A stretch of DNA of 64,000 bases from Sedimenticola sp. (lineage in GTDB: Bacteria > Pseudomonadota > Gammaproteobacteria > Chromatiales > Chromatiaceae), in assembly GCA_026992075.1 (NCBI GenBank), contig JALXAM010000028.1, positions 28,289 to 92,288 of the forward strand. Reading direction: 5' to 3'. The position numbers were made by a program, and so were the translations under genes. Under the pieces are notes generated by a model. It saw nothing but the letters and a program-made list of their open reading frames with translations, did not search any database and had not been told where the DNA came from. Numbering within the stretch: the stretch's first letter is position 1; the number at the start of each line of letters is the position of its first letter. This document shows, in pieces, positions 21,283 through 32,898 of this stretch.

Positions 21283-21839
21283 TCCCGGTACTCCGGCAGC
21301 CTTTCGGGGTCGATCTCCCGCAGCAGGGGCGCCTCGGCATCCTTCTCCGACAGGCGCGGCGGCCCCACCACCGGCCAGTCGATGGCCAGATCGGGATCGT
21401 CCCAGCGGATGGAGAACTCCGTCTCCGGGTGGTAGAAGTCGGTGCACTTGTAGGAGAACAGCGCCTGGTCGCCGGTGACCAGATAGCCGTGGGCCAGGCC
21501 CGGCGGCACCCAGAGCTGGCGATGGTTCTCCCCGGAGAGCAGCACCCCCACCCAGCGGCCGTAGGTGGGCGAGCCCCGGCGCACGTCCACCGCCACGTCG
21601 AACACCTCCCCGGCGAGCACCTGCACCAGCTTGCCCTGGGCGTGGGGATGCTGCAGGTGGAGTCCGCGCAGGATGCCGTGGCTGGAAAAGGAGAGGTTGT
21701 CCTGCACGAAGGGACCGGGGATCCCCGCCTCGGCGTAGCGCCGGGCCTGCCAGGACTCCGCGAACCAGCCCCGCTGGTCGCCGAAGACGCGCGGCTCGAC
21801 GATGAGCACGCCGGGAATCTCGGTGGTCTCGATCTTCAT
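21279..21839 (-). CDS. rmlC: dTDP-4-dehydrorhamnose 3,5-epimerase
   Basis: [39 protein letters not shown]. Confidence 0.95.
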   Translation of the reverse strand: MKIETTEIPGVLIVEPRVFGDQRGWFAESWQARRYAEAGIPGPFVQDNLSFSSHGILRGLHLQHPHAQGKLVQVLAGEVFDVAVDVRRGSPTYGRWVGVLLSGENHRQLWVPPGLAHGYLVTGDQALFSYKCTDFYHPETEFSIRWDDPDLAIDWPVVGPPRLSEKDAEAPLLREIDPERLPEYRD

Positions 21840-22717
21840 TGGAAACGGATCCTTTCCTTGAGAATGTCCAGAAGATAACAGCCGTAGTCGTTCTTGTTGA
21901 GCCGCTCGGCCAGGCGGCGCAGTGCCTCGTCGTCGATCCATCCCTGGCGCCAGGCGATCTCCTCGGGACAGCACACCTTGAGCCCCTGGCGGGTCTCCAG
22001 GGTCTGGATGAAGTGGGCGGCGTCCAGCAGGGAGTCGTGGGTGCCGGTGTCGAGCCAGGCCATGCCCCGGCCCATCACCTCCACCGTGAGCTTTCCCTGT
22101 TCCAGATAGGCCCGGTTGAGATCGGTGATCTCCAGTTCGCCGCGGGCGGAAGGACGGATCCGCCGGGCCAGCTCCACCACCTGCCCGTCGTAGAAGTAGA
22201 GGCCGGTGACCGCATAGCGCGAACGCGGCTGGCGGGGCTTCTCCTCGATGCTGAGCGCGTTGAAGTTCTCGTCGAACTCCACCACGCCGTACCGCTCCGG
22301 GTCCTGCACCGGGTAGGCGAACACCGTGGCCCCCTCCTCGCGCCGGACCGCCTGCCGCAGCGAGGCCGCCAGGTCGTGGCCGTAGAAGATGTTGTCTCCC
22401 AGCACCAGGGCGCAGCGGTCGCCGGCGATGAACGCCTCGCCGATGAGAAAGGCCTCCGCCAGCCCCCGGGGTTCGGGCTGCACTGCATACTGAAGCCGCA
22501 GGCCCCACTGGCTGCCGTCACCCAGCAGCTGTTCGAACAGCGGCGTGTCCCGGGGCGTGGAGATCACCAGGATGTCGCGGATGCCCGCCAGCATGAGCAC
22601 GCTCAGCGGGTAGTAGATCATCGGCTTGTCGTACACCGGCAGCAGCTGCTTGGAGATGCCCAGGGTGGCGGGATAGAGGCGCGTGCCGGAACCGCCGGCG
22701 AGGATGATCCCCTTCAT
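21836..22717 (-). CDS. rmlA: Glucose-1-phosphate thymidylyltransferase
   Basis: [45 protein letters not shown]. Confidence 0.97.
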   Translation of the reverse strand: MKGIILAGGSGTRLYPATLGISKQLLPVYDKPMIYYPLSVLMLAGIRDILVISTPRDTPLFEQLLGDGSQWGLRLQYAVQPEPRGLAEAFLIGEAFIAGDRCALVLGDNIFYGHDLAASLRQAVRREEGATVFAYPVQDPERYGVVEFDENFNALSIEEKPRQPRSRYAVTGLYFYDGQVVELARRIRPSARGELEITDLNRAYLEQGKLTVEVMGRGMAWLDTGTHDSLLDAAHFIQTLETRQGLKVCCPEEIAWRQGWIDDEALRRLAERLNKNDYGCYLLDILKERIRFQ

Positions 22718-23775
22718 GCCAGCACCCCCAGCCGCTCGCCCCGGTAGCTGCCGTCCAGCACCCGCCGGCACCAGGCGTCGTTCTCCAGGTACCACTGCAC
22801 CGTCTTCTCCAGGCCGCTCTCGAAGGTCTCCTGGGGGCACCAGCCCAGCTCGCGCCCGATCTTGCCGGCGTCGATGGCGTACCTCAGGTCGTGGCCGGGG
22901 CGGTCGGTGACATGGGTGACCAGATCGGCGTAACGCTTCACTCCTTCGGGATGGCGCGGCGCCTTCTCCTCCAGGATGGCGCAGATGTGCTGCACCACCT
23001 CCAGGTTGGTCTTCTCGTTGTGGCCGCCGATGTTGTAGGTCTCTCCCACCCGGCCGGCCTCCAGCACCCGCAGCAGGGCGCGCACATGATCCTCCACGTA
23101 GAGCCAGTCCCGCACCTGGTCGCCGCGGCCATAGACCGGCAGCGGCTTGCCGGCCAGGGCGTTGAGGATCATCAGCGGGATCAGCTTTTCCGGGAACTGG
23201 TAGGGCCCGTAGTTGTTGGAGCAGTTGGTGACCAGTACCGGCAGGCCGTAGGTGCGGTGCCAGGCCCGCACCAGGTGGTCGGACGACGCCTTGCTGGCGG
23301 AATAGGGGGAGTTGGGATGATAGGGCGTCTCCTCGGTGAAGAGCCCTTCCGGACCCAGATCGCCATAGACCTCGTCGGTGGATACATGATGAAAGCGGAA
23401 ACGCGCCCTGGCCTCCCCTTCCAGTTCGTTCCAGTAGCCCCGGGCCGCCTCCAGCAGCACCGAAGTGCCCACCACGTTGGTCTGGATGAAATCCGCCGGG
23501 CCGTCGATGGAGCGGTCCACGTGGGACTCGGCGGCCAGGTGCATCACCGCGTCGGGCCGGTATTCCCGAAACACCCGTTCCACCTCCCGCCGGTCGCAGA
23601 TGTCCACCTGTTCGAACCGGTGGCGTGGATGGTCCAGTAACCCTGGCAGGGAGTCGAGATTGCCGGCGTAGGTGAGCTTGTCCAGGTTCACCACCGTCCA
23701 GTCGCTCTCACTCACGAGATGACGTACCAGGGCCGAGCCGATGAAACCGGCGCCGCCGGTGACCAGCAGTTTCAT
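22714..23775 (-). CDS. rmlB: dTDP-glucose 4,6-dehydratase
   Basis: [47 protein letters not shown]. Confidence 0.97.
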   Translation of the reverse strand: MKLLVTGGAGFIGSALVRHLVSESDWTVVNLDKLTYAGNLDSLPGLLDHPRHRFEQVDICDRREVERVFREYRPDAVMHLAAESHVDRSIDGPADFIQTNVVGTSVLLEAARGYWNELEGEARARFRFHHVSTDEVYGDLGPEGLFTEETPYHPNSPYSASKASSDHLVRAWHRTYGLPVLVTNCSNNYGPYQFPEKLIPLMILNALAGKPLPVYGRGDQVRDWLYVEDHVRALLRVLEAGRVGETYNIGGHNEKTNLEVVQHICAILEEKAPRHPEGVKRYADLVTHVTDRPGHDLRYAIDAGKIGRELGWCPQETFESGLEKTVQWYLENDAWCRRVLDGSYRGERLGVLA

Positions 23776-24557
23776 GAGATGGCTCCCCCTTCTTCTTCCA
23801 GCATCTTCAGGATCCGTTTTCGCTGCCGCGCATGTTTCGCCACCTGGCTCTCCTTGCGCGGCTGCAGGATGGTGGTGGCGTGGTTCAGGTGCACCAGGTA
23901 GCGGGAAAGCTGCTCCGAGGGCAGGAAGACCATGCGGTAGCCCGCCTCCTCCAGCTTGCGGTGCAGCACCTTGCCCGCGGGCTGCTGACCGGCGAAGAAA
24001 CGGCCCTGCACCGCACGGATCGCCTCCATGCGGTACATGGCGCAGTGGCTGCGCAGATAATAGTGGTTCCTGCCCACTCCCTCGATGGCACCCTCCCCCT
24101 TCCCCAGCAGGGGATACCACACCTTCAGTTGCCACCAGCGCTCCAGCCGCTTGGCCTGGCGCCGGTGCCAGGGCTTGTCCTCCAGCTTCCAGGAGCCCAC
24201 GCCCCCCACCTTGGGGGAATCGAACCGGGAGAGCAGGAAATCGAGCCAGTCGTCCCGGAGGAAAAAGGTGTCGGTGTGGATCGACAGCAGGAAAGGGGTC
24301 TCCACCCTTTCCATGGCGAGATCCAGCGCCCTGGCGTGGGCTTCCCCGCCCCCCTCCCGGCTGGTGTCCTCGCGCACGATGAGATCGATCCAGTCCAGCG
24401 AACGCAGGTAGTCGGTGGACTCGTCGTTGGAGCCGTTGTCGATCACCACCACCCGCGCCCGGCTCAGATCGGTGTGCTTCTTCAGCCGCGCCAGGCACAG
24501 CCGGGTGAGCGCCAGCGTCTTGTAGTGCGGGATCAGGATGGTCACCTCCCGGCTCAC
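23772..24557 (-). CDS. GT2 family glycosyltransferase
   Basis: [19 protein letters not shown] motif; overlaps neighbours by 4 nt. Confidence 0.8.
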   Translation of the reverse strand: MSREVTILIPHYKTLALTRLCLARLKKHTDLSRARVVVIDNGSNDESTDYLRSLDWIDLIVREDTSREGGGEAHARALDLAMERVETPFLLSIHTDTFFLRDDWLDFLLSRFDSPKVGGVGSWKLEDKPWHRRQAKRLERWWQLKVWYPLLGKGEGAIEGVGRNHYYLRSHCAMYRMEAIRAVQGRFFAGQQPAGKVLHRKLEEAGYRMVFLPSEQLSRYLVHLNHATTILQPRKESQVAKHARQRKRILKMLEEEGGAIS

Positions 24558-26287
24558 CGGCCCTCCTCCTTGGTCACCAGAATGTCCTCCATCACCAGGT
24601 ACTCCAGGTCGGAACCGAAGAACATGTTCAGCGCATCCTCCGGCGAGCAGACCATGGGCTCGCCGCGCCGGTTGAGGGAGGTGTTGAGCACCACGCCGTT
24701 ACCGGTGAGCGCCTCCAGCTTCTCGATGAGTTCGTAGTAACGGGGATTGGTCTCCCGGGTGACCACCTGCGCCCGGGCGGTGCCGTCCTCGTGCACCACC
24801 TCCGGCACCCGGTGCTTCCACTCCTCGGCCACGTCGAAGGTGATGGTCATGTAGGGGGCCGGGTGGTCGCTCTGCAACATCTCCGGGGCCACCCGGTCCA
24901 GGATGGAAGGACAGAAGGGCCGCCAGCGCTCGCGGTACTTGATCTGCTCGTTGATGCGGTCGGCAATGCCGGCCACGTTGGGCGCCCCCAGGATGGAACG
25001 GTTGCCCAGGGCCCGGGGGCCGAACTCCATGCGCCCCTGGAACCAGGCCACCGGGTTGCCGGCGGCCAGCAGGCGGGCGGTCTCGCCGGTGACGTCGTCG
25101 AGCCTTTGCCAGCGCGGCTTTCCCGGGTGCGCCTCGCAGGCTTCGATGCACTGCTCCGTGGTGTAGGCGGGCCCGAGATAGGCGTGCCGCATGGGCTGGA
25201 TGCGATCACCTGCCAGGCTGGCCACGTAGGAGGCGGCACCGATGGCGGTGCCGGCATCGGAGGCGGCGGGCTGGATGAAGATCCGCTCCACGTCGTCCCG
25301 GGCCAGGATACGCTGGTTGAGCTTGACGTTGAGCGCCACCCCGCCGGCGAAGGCCAGCCGGCCGGTCTCGGCCAGGATCTCCCCCAGGTAGTGGTCGATG
25401 AGACCCAGCGACACCTCCTCGAGCAGCGCCTGCACCGCGGCAGCATAGTCCACGTAGGGATCGTCGATCTCGTCCCCCTCGCGTGGCGGGCCCAGCCATT
25501 CCACCAGCCTGGGGCTGAAGTAGTAGCCCTTGCCCGATTTGTCCTTCCAGCGCCGCAGGCCCACCACGTTCACATACCTGGTGTTGACGCGAAAGTCGCG
25601 GCCGTCGAAGTCGATCAGACGAGACAGGTCGAAACGGCGGGGATCACCATAGGGCGCCATTCCCATCACCTTGAACTCGCCGTCCAGCATCTCGAAACCG
25701 AGGTACTCGGTGATGGCTCCGTACAGCCCGCCCAGGGAATCGGGATCGTAGAACTCCCTGATCTTGTGGATGCGGCCGTTTTCGCCCCAGCCGAAAAAGG
25801 TGGTGGCATATTCGCCCTTGCCATCGATGCCGAGAATGGCGGTCTTTCCCTCGAATCCGCTCAGATGATAGGCGCTGGAGGCGTGGGCCAGGTGGTGCTC
25901 CACCATCTCCAGGCGGGCGTTACGCAGCCCCAGATCGGCCGCCAGCTTGCGCAGGCGCGACAGGTTGCGGTGATAGCGGCGGTTGCCGTAGAAGATGGCG
26001 GCCAGCGCCCGGTCCGGCGCGTACCAGTGGCGCCAGGCGTAGTGCCAGCGGGCCATGCTGCCCAGAAGCGGGATCCTGGCGTAGGGGAAGGCCACCACCT
26101 CCACCTGCTCCGGCCCGATGCCGGCCTGCTCCAGGCAGAACCGGGTGGCCTCGTAGGGAAAGCGCCCTTTGGCGTGCTTTTCGCGGATGAAGCGCTCCTC
26201 CTCCGCGGCGGCCACCAGCTCGCCGTCGATGAACAGCGCCGCGGAGGGATCGTGGCTCACCGCCCCGGCGACTCCCAGTACGATCAT
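24554..26287 (-). CDS. O-carbamoyltransferase (NodU/CmcH/TobZ family)
   Basis: [57 protein letters not shown]. Confidence 0.92.
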   Translation of the reverse strand: MIVLGVAGAVSHDPSAALFIDGELVAAAEEERFIREKHAKGRFPYEATRFCLEQAGIGPEQVEVVAFPYARIPLLGSMARWHYAWRHWYAPDRALAAIFYGNRRYHRNLSRLRKLAADLGLRNARLEMVEHHLAHASSAYHLSGFEGKTAILGIDGKGEYATTFFGWGENGRIHKIREFYDPDSLGGLYGAITEYLGFEMLDGEFKVMGMAPYGDPRRFDLSRLIDFDGRDFRVNTRYVNVVGLRRWKDKSGKGYYFSPRLVEWLGPPREGDEIDDPYVDYAAAVQALLEEVSLGLIDHYLGEILAETGRLAFAGGVALNVKLNQRILARDDVERIFIQPAASDAGTAIGAASYVASLAGDRIQPMRHAYLGPAYTTEQCIEACEAHPGKPRWQRLDDVTGETARLLAAGNPVAWFQGRMEFGPRALGNRSILGAPNVAGIADRINEQIKYRERWRPFCPSILDRVAPEMLQSDHPAPYMTITFDVAEEWKHRVPEVVHEDGTARAQVVTRETNPRYYELIEKLEALTGNGVVLNTSLNRRGEPMVCSPEDALNMFFGSDLEYLVMEDILVTKEEGR

Positions 26288-26410
26288 GGCTCTTCCGGGC
26301 CGGAGGCCCCCATCGGCAACATGGGGCCATTCTAACTGCCACGGCGCTGGATCGCACCATTCCGGACCAGCGCGGATGACTGATTTTCCACCGCGAAGGT
26401 GGCGGCGGCC

Positions 26411-26469
26411 GTAGGTCGGACTTCAGTCCGACAGAACACCGCTATGGTATCGGGCTGAAACCGACTTGC
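26411..26469. repeat. Family A REP pair (second arm degenerate)
   Basis: GTAGGTCGGACTTCAGTCCGACA ... ATCGGGCTGAAACCGACTTGC. Confidence 0.7.
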
Positions 26470-26473
26470 GTTT

Positions 26474-27913
26474 CTAGCAAATCCGCCCTCGCGACTCGGC
26501 CTCCTCCAGCAGCTGCTCGAACCTGGCGCGCAGGGCGGGGTCCTGCCAGTTGCGCAGAAACCGCTCCCGGTCCGCCCGGATTCCCCGCCGGCGCAGCCAG
26601 GGCAGCCGGGGGCGGGAGAGGCTGTCCAGATCGATCACCTGCACGCCCTGGTCGCCAATGATGAAGTTGGAGGCCTTCATGTCGCCGTGAACCAGGCCGT
26701 TGCGGCCAAAAGCGTGCACCACATCCGCCAAGGCCTCCATGCGCGTCGGGGTGGCTTGCCTCGCCGGCAGATGGTGGGCGGGAAAGCCCGTGGCCCGTTC
26801 GGTAACGATCCAGGACAATCCTCTCATCGGGCCTTCCACCGCCCGCAGACAGGCCAGGGGTCGAGGGGTGGGGATGCCGTACACTCTCAGCCAGTGTGCA
26901 TTGCGCCATGCCCGGTGGGGCCGTGTGGCGCCGAGAGCGTGGCGTATCCTCTGCCAGATTCCCTTGTCGTTGTACCTCTTCACCACCACGGACCGTTCGG
27001 CCAGTCGGGTGGCCCATACGGTCTGGGAGTTTCCCGCCTTCAGCATCTGTCCCTTCTCTCCCGGCTCCAGCCCCCCATTCGCCAGCCACTGCTCCAGCTC
27101 TCCTGGGGGCAGGTCCCGGCGATGGAGAATCTCCAGTCCTCCATAGCGGATGGCGCGGAATTCGCTGCAACTCCGGAACACCTTTTTCCCCAGCTTCATG
27201 GCCCGCCAGTGTCGCCAGGCCCTTTCCCTGGCATGTAGCCGGTTCCGGATCGAGGAAGGGCGCAAGCCTTTTCTTTCCCGACAATACGCCTCCAGCACAC
27301 TCTCTCGCCCACACCAGACACGGGGCGGGAATTGCGAGAACAGCAATCCCAGGTTGTTCACCGACTCCCGTCTGGAAAGAGGGCCGCGGCGTTGTCGATA
27401 ACCCCCACCGTCGATGGCCCACAGGCGCTCCTGGCCCGTGATCAGAAAATTGTCCAGATGTGGATCCCTCGAGTAGAAGCCTTCCTCATGCATCCGGCCC
27501 AGGAGCGCCAGCAACCGCTCAAGAAGTCGGTTCCGATCACTCTCATCCCGGGCTGACCACTCCGCCTGCAAGGTTCTGGCTTCCGGCAGATATTCGAACA
27601 GCAAGATCAGACCGGCCCCTTTGGCGGGTGCGAATGTTCCCAGAAAATCGGGGGTTGGGATCCCCGCAGTCAGCAGCGCCTCGATTCCATTACGCTCCCG
27701 CCCGGCTTCCCGGGCGGACTTGTCCCCCAGAAAGATTTTGGCCAGCACAGGCCTTCCCTGGAGCCGGCCCGCGCAGACCACTCTGCGACCGGGCAGGATT
27801 CGCAATGGCCGCAGGTCGGTAAGCCGCTTGCCACTGGCCAGTGGAAGAGAGCCGCTGGACAGGGTCTGTTCCAGCCAGGTGTCCGATCTGGCCTCTTGAT
27901 CTGGGGTGGTCAT
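26474..27913 (-). CDS. LPS/Kdo kinase family protein with two tandem kinase domains
   Basis: Domain 1 RDPHLDNFL/AIDGG; domain 2 VHGDMKASNF/VIDLD; GIPTP in both; start uncertain. Confidence 0.8.
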   Translation of the reverse strand: MTTPDQEARSDTWLEQTLSSGSLPLASGKRLTDLRPLRILPGRRVVCAGRLQGRPVLAKIFLGDKSAREAGRERNGIEALLTAGIPTPDFLGTFAPAKGAGLILLFEYLPEARTLQAEWSARDESDRNRLLERLLALLGRMHEEGFYSRDPHLDNFLITGQERLWAIDGGGYRQRRGPLSRRESVNNLGLLFSQFPPRVWCGRESVLEAYCRERKGLRPSSIRNRLHARERAWRHWRAMKLGKKVFRSCSEFRAIRYGGLEILHRRDLPPGELEQWLANGGLEPGEKGQMLKAGNSQTVWATRLAERSVVVKRYNDKGIWQRIRHALGATRPHRAWRNAHWLRVYGIPTPRPLACLRAVEGPMRGLSWIVTERATGFPAHHLPARQATPTRMEALADVVHAFGRNGLVHGDMKASNFIIGDQGVQVIDLDSLSRPRLPWLRRRGIRADRERFLRNWQDPALRARFEQLLEEAESRGRIC

Positions 27914-28008
27914 GTCGTTTGTATCGGCCAGGGGCTCGATTCCGGAACGGCCTCCGGTCGAACGGTGCGGTAGAATCGGTGCCTGTCTCGATCGCTTCCC
28001 CACCCGTC

Positions 28009-28776
28009 ATGCCTCGGAACACCCTGCCTCGCCTCATATTCACCGTTACCACCGGCCGAAGCGGTACCGGTTATCTCGCGCGCGTTCTCTCCTGTTTTCC
28101 CGGTGTCCAGGCAGAACATGAACCAGAGCCGCGCTTTCATCGATGGATGCGACAGGCACTCGTCGATGCCGAAGCGGCAAGGGAGTTCTGGAGCGGACAC
28201 AAACTGCCCGCAATCCGCCAATGCCCGAAACCGGTTTATGCCGAAACCAGCCATCTTTTCGGAAAGGGTTTTCTGGAGCCGTTAATCGAACTCGGCATCG
28301 TCCCCGATCTCGTGCTTCTGCACAGAGATCACCGGGAAGTCGCTTCCAGCCTGTACCAACTCCATACCATACCGGGAAGAACGGAAAGCGGCAGATCATA
28401 CTATATCTCACCAGACGATCCGGTCTTCCTGCCCTTGCCTGGCTGGCAGCGGCTGCACGATTATCAGATCTGCTACTGGTACTGCCTGGAGATGGAGCAG
28501 AGAAGAAAGCGATATGGCGACAAGATCCGTTCACTGGGCGGCAGGGTTGCCGATGTTTCCCTCTCCAGCCTATCCGATGCCCAGGGCGTGGCCTATCTTC
28601 AGCAAGCACTGGAACTGCCCGCCCTGGGACTGATGGGCGGCATCAGGCTGAAGCGTCTCCTGGGAAAGCGAGTGAACACCAAGAGCCACCGAAAAGGTCC
28701 CTCTTTGAGCCCGGAACGGATGGATCAGCTGGAGGAGGAGCTGCTGGACCTGGTTTCGTTGCCGCGCCAGCGGTGA
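28009..28776 (+). CDS. Sulfotransferase-like protein
   Basis: N-terminal 5'-PSB-like loop TTGRSGTGYLA followed by HEP; LLHRD; lower GC than flanks. Confidence 0.68.
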   Translation: MPRNTLPRLIFTVTTGRSGTGYLARVLSCFPGVQAEHEPEPRFHRWMRQALVDAEAAREFWSGHKLPAIRQCPKPVYAETSHLFGKGFLEPLIELGIVPDLVLLHRDHREVASSLYQLHTIPGRTESGRSYYISPDDPVFLPLPGWQRLHDYQICYWYCLEMEQRRKRYGDKIRSLGGRVADVSLSSLSDAQGVAYLQQALELPALGLMGGIRLKRLLGKRVNTKSHRKGPSLSPERMDQLEEELLDLVSLPRQR

Positions 28777-28788
28777 GACAGGGATGCG

Positions 28789-29700
28789 GTGATGGCGGTC
28801 CGCTTCAGCTTCATCATACCGTTTCACGACTGTGCCCGGTATCTGGAAAGGGCGATCCGATCGGTACTGGAACAGGAATTGGACGACTGGGAACTCATAC
28901 TTGTGAATGACGGTTCCGGTGACGAGTCTGCCGCCATTGCAAGACGACATGCTGGTGATTCAAACAGGGTCCGGCTCCTGGAGCAGGAAAACCGTGGGCC
29001 GGGGGCGGCCCGCAATGCCGGTGCCAGAATGGCCAGGGGGCAATGGCTCTGGTTCCTCGATTGCGATGATGAGTTGCTGCGAGGGGCGACGAAAGAAGTG
29101 GAAAGTTGCATATTGGGGCACCCTGATGCCGAAGTTCTGGTTGGCGGTTATTACTTGAGCGACCTGCGCCGAAGAACCCGCCGTTACCCACCATCCTTCT
29201 CTTCGGATCGGGAAAGGAATTTCAGGGATTTCATCGGTCGTAGAATGGGTAGTATCCCCCATGGCGCCATTCTGGTGAGAAGGGCCCTTTTCGGACGCTT
29301 CGAATATCCGGAACAGGTAAGGAACAATGAAGATCTTGTGTTCCACGCCCAGCTGCTGGCCAACTGCAACTGCGTCTCGCTGGAGCCTCCCCTGGTCACT
29401 ATCCATCGTCGGCCGGACAGCCTGCGTCACGCGGTGGAACCGGAAGAGGTGCCAGAGCGGGTAACCGCGCTCCTTTTCGATGCGGGCAAACTCCCCCCCC
29501 GCCTGATTTCTTTGCGGCACCGGTTTCTTACGAGCCGTCGGCTGTCGCGCTTTCGCCGGCTCTACAGGGCCGGCTGCTATTCCGCCGCGCGCAAGGCCTA
29601 CCTCGACATCGTCCGGGATTCTCCCGCGGCGCTGCTCCAGTGGAGTTATCTGAAGAAATACCTTCGCGCACTTTTTCGTCGGGACAGGGCGCGATCATAG
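28789..29700 (+). CDS. GT2 family glycosyltransferase
   Basis: FSFIIPFHD, LVNDGSGD, NRGPGAARN, FLDCDD, NED. Confidence 0.85.
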   Translation: MMAVRFSFIIPFHDCARYLERAIRSVLEQELDDWELILVNDGSGDESAAIARRHAGDSNRVRLLEQENRGPGAARNAGARMARGQWLWFLDCDDELLRGATKEVESCILGHPDAEVLVGGYYLSDLRRRTRRYPPSFSSDRERNFRDFIGRRMGSIPHGAILVRRALFGRFEYPEQVRNNEDLVFHAQLLANCNCVSLEPPLVTIHRRPDSLRHAVEPEEVPERVTALLFDAGKLPPRLISLRHRFLTSRRLSRFRRLYRAGCYSAARKAYLDIVRDSPAALLQWSYLKKYLRALFRRDRARS

Positions 29701-29704
29701 GGCT

Positions 29705-31576
29705 TCAGGCCCGCTTTTTCAGGTGCACCAGCAGCAGCGACACCGCCGCCGGGGTGACGCCGGGGATGCGCGCCGCCTGGCCCAGGGTTGCGGGGCGGAC
29801 GCGGGCGAGTTTCTCGCGCACCTCGGCAGACAGGCCTTTCACCTGGTCGTAGTCCAGCTCTTCGGGCAGGGCAACCGCCTCGGCCTGGCGCGCCTTCTCC
29901 ACCTCGTCGCGCTGGCGCTCGATGTAGCCGGCGTACCTGGCCTGGATCTCCACCTGCTCGGCCACCTTGGGGTCGGCCACGCCGGGGCCGATTCCCGGCA
30001 GGGAGACCAGCGCCGCATAGCTCACCTGGGGCCGGGTGAGCAGTTCGCTGGCGCGGGTCTCGCGCCGCAGGCGGTCGCCCAGCGCCCGCTGCTCCTCTTC
30101 TTCCGGCAGTTGGCCGGGACGGATCACCAGCGCCCGCAGCCGCGCCTGCTCGCGCTCGATGGCCTCGCGCTTCTCGCAGAAGGCGCGCCAGCGGATGTCG
30201 TCCACCAGCCCCAGCTCGCGCCCCTTCTCGGTGAGGCGCAGGTCGGCGTTGTCCTCGCGCAGCAGCAGGCGGTGCTCGGCGCGGGAGGTGAACATGCGGT
30301 AGGGCTCGGAGGTGCCGCGGGTCACCAGGTCGTCCACCAGCACGCCGAGGTAGGCCTGGTCGCGGCGCGGACACCAGGGAGCCTCGCCGCGCACCTTGAG
30401 CGCCGCGTTGCAGCCGGCCAGCAGCCCCTGGGCGGCGGCCTCCTCGTAGCCGGTGGTGCCGTTGATCTGGCCGGCGAAGAAGAGGTTTTCGAGATGCCTA
30501 GTCTCCAGCGAGGGGCGCAGGTCGCGCGGATCGAAGAAGTCGTACTCGATGGCGTAGCCGGGACGGGTGATGCGGGCCTCCTCGAAGCCGGGCATGGAGC
30601 GCACCAGTTCCCACTGCACGTCGAAGGGCAGGGAGGTGGAGATGCCGTTGGGGTAGAGCTCGTTGCTGGTGAGCCCCTCCGGCTCGATGAAGACCTGGTG
30701 GGAATCGCGGTCGGCGAAGCGCACCACCTTGTCCTCGATGGAGGGGCAGTAGCGCGGCCCCACCCCCTCGATGACGCCGGTATAGAGGGGCGAACGCGAC
30801 AGTCCGGCACGGATGATCTCGTGGGTGCGTCCGGTGGTGCGGGTGATGTGGCAGCTCACCTGATCGGGGTGCTCCTCGGGCCGCCCCAGGTAGGAGAAGA
30901 CCGGCGTCGGCCGGTCGCCCGGCTGCTCCTCCAGTCGGGAGAAGTCCACGCTGCGCTTGTCGATGCGGGGCGGGGTGCCGGTCTTGAGCCGCTCCACGCG
31001 GAAGGGCAGCTCGCGCAGCCGCCGCGCCAGGGCGTTGGCGGGCGGATCGCCGGCGCGCCCTCCCTCGTAGTTCTCCAGGCCGATGTGGATGCGCCCGCCG
31101 AGGAAGGTGCCCACGGTGAGCACCACCGCCTCGGCGCGGAACCTCAGCCCCATGGCGGTGATCACCCCCACCACGCGGTCGCCCTCCACCAGCAGGTCGT
31201 CCACCGCCTGCTGAAAGAGATCGAGGTTGGGCTGGTTCTCCAGGGCGTGGCGCACCGCCGCCTTGTAGAGCTGGCGGTCGGCCTGGGCGCGGGTGGCTCG
31301 CACCGCCGGCCCCTTGCGCGCGTTGAGGATGCGGAACTGGATGCCGGCGCGGTCGGCGGCGCAGGCCATGAGGCCGCCCAAGGCGTCGATCTCCTTCACC
31401 AGGTGACCCTTGCCGATGCCGCCGATGGCGGGGTTGCAGCTCATGGCGCCCAGGGTGTCGATGTTGTGGGTGAGCAGCAGGGTGCGCGCGCCCATGCGCG
31501 CCGCCGCCAGCGCCGCCTCGGTGCCGGCATGGCCGCCGCCGACCACGATGACCTGGTAGTGGATGGGGTGAAACAT
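29705..31576 (-). CDS. mnmG: tRNA uridine-5-carboxymethylaminomethyl modification enzyme GidA
   Basis: [63 protein letters not shown]. Confidence 0.97.
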   Translation of the reverse strand: MFHPIHYQVIVVGGGHAGTEAALAAARMGARTLLLTHNIDTLGAMSCNPAIGGIGKGHLVKEIDALGGLMACAADRAGIQFRILNARKGPAVRATRAQADRQLYKAAVRHALENQPNLDLFQQAVDDLLVEGDRVVGVITAMGLRFRAEAVVLTVGTFLGGRIHIGLENYEGGRAGDPPANALARRLRELPFRVERLKTGTPPRIDKRSVDFSRLEEQPGDRPTPVFSYLGRPEEHPDQVSCHITRTTGRTHEIIRAGLSRSPLYTGVIEGVGPRYCPSIEDKVVRFADRDSHQVFIEPEGLTSNELYPNGISTSLPFDVQWELVRSMPGFEEARITRPGYAIEYDFFDPRDLRPSLETRHLENLFFAGQINGTTGYEEAAAQGLLAGCNAALKVRGEAPWCPRRDQAYLGVLVDDLVTRGTSEPYRMFTSRAEHRLLLREDNADLRLTEKGRELGLVDDIRWRAFCEKREAIEREQARLRALVIRPGQLPEEEEQRALGDRLRRETRASELLTRPQVSYAALVSLPGIGPGVADPKVAEQVEIQARYAGYIERQRDEVEKARQAEAVALPEELDYDQVKGLSAEVREKLARVRPATLGQAARIPGVTPAAVSLLLVHLKKRA

Positions 31577-31649
31577 GTCGCTATTCTAGCGTTTTACAGT
31601 TGTTAAGATGACTGTCGGTTTTTCAGGAAGTTCTTTCGTCCGTGTCGCC

Positions 31650-31721
31650 GTAGGGTGGGCAAAGCGCAGCGTGCCCGCCGCGGATTGATGGGCACGGCCA
31701 TACGGCCTTTGCCCATCCTGC
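31650..31721. repeat. REP-like palindromic pair, family C
   Basis: GTAGGGTGGGCAAAGCGCAGCGTGCCC...GGGCACGGC...CCTTTGCCCATCCTGC; close copy at 63042-63124. Confidence 0.75.
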
Positions 31722-31749
31722 CTCTGCTTTCATTCGAGGCGACCGGTGA

Positions 31750-32697
31750 TTGTCCATGGGAGTTCAAATCGACGTGTTCCAGCAGGCCACCCTTTCATTG
31801 CGCTCCGAGCCGCGCCTGGAAGCATTGTTCCGCCAGGCGGAGGAGGTGATCCTCGGCAAGCCGCGCCAGCTGCGCCTGGCCATGACCTGCCTGCTGGCGC
31901 GGGGCCATCTGCTCATCGAGGATCTGCCGGGGATGGGCAAGACCACCCTGGCCCACCTGTTGGCCAGCCTCCTCGGCCTGGCCTACCGCCGCATCCAGTT
32001 CACCAGCGACCTGCTGCCGGCGGACATCATCGGCGTGTCGGTCTACGATCGCGCCGACGAGCGCTTCCACTTCCACCCTGGCCCCATCTTCGCCCAGCTC
32101 ATCCTGGCCGACGAGATCAACCGCGCCACCCCCAAGACCCAGAGCGCCCTGCTGGAGGCGATGGAGGAGCTGCAGGTGACCGCGGAGGGAGAGACCCGCC
32201 CCTTGCCGGAGCCCTTTTTCGTCATCGCCACCCAGAACCCGGCCCACCAGGTGGGCACCTTTCCGCTGCCCGAATCCCAGCTCGACCGTTTCCTGATGCG
32301 GCTCGACCTGGGCTACCCCGATCCCGTGGTGGAAAGGCGCCTGCTGCGCGGCGACGGCGGGCGCACCCGGCTGGCCGCCCTGGAGCCGGTGGCCGCCCCG
32401 GCGGATCTCGCCGGCTGGCAGGCGGCGGCCGGCCGCGTGAAGGTGGCCGAGGCGCTGCTGGACTACGTGCAGGCGCTGGTGGCCGAAAGCCGCGCCCAGC
32501 CCGGGCAACCGGGCCTGTCGCCACGCGCCGGCCTGGCGCTGCTCGCCGCCGCCCGCGCCTGGGCCTGGCTGGCGGGACGCGACCTGGTGTTTCCCGAGGA
32601 CGTGCAAGCGGTCTGGGTGGCGGTGGCCGGCCACCGGCTGGGACCGGAAGGGGACAGCCGCGCCCGAGCGTTGCTGCAGTCGGTGGCGGTGCCTTGA
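31750..32697 (+). CDS. MoxR-family AAA+ ATPase
   Basis: LLIEDLPGMGKT, RIQFTSDLLPAD, LADEINRATPKTQSALLEAM, ATQNP, LPESQLDRF. Confidence 0.93.
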   Translation: MSMGVQIDVFQQATLSLRSEPRLEALFRQAEEVILGKPRQLRLAMTCLLARGHLLIEDLPGMGKTTLAHLLASLLGLAYRRIQFTSDLLPADIIGVSVYDRADERFHFHPGPIFAQLILADEINRATPKTQSALLEAMEELQVTAEGETRPLPEPFFVIATQNPAHQVGTFPLPESQLDRFLMRLDLGYPDPVVERRLLRGDGGRTRLAALEPVAAPADLAGWQAAAGRVKVAEALLDYVQALVAESRAQPGQPGLSPRAGLALLAAARAWAWLAGRDLVFPEDVQAVWVAVAGHRLGPEGDSRARALLQSVAVP

Positions 32698-32898
32698 GCG
32701 CGGCTGCCGGGGTGACATCCATGAATTCTGGATTCACCCCAAATCATGGAAAACAGATCCGGCTCCAAACGCCCCGACGCTTTCCGGGCGCCGCTGTCCC
32801 GGTGTTTGTAGCAGATTGGACGTTTCAAAAAAGTCTATAAAATCAGTTTGCTATGTGCTCTACACAGGAAACCGTTCCCACATCAGCATACGCAATGA

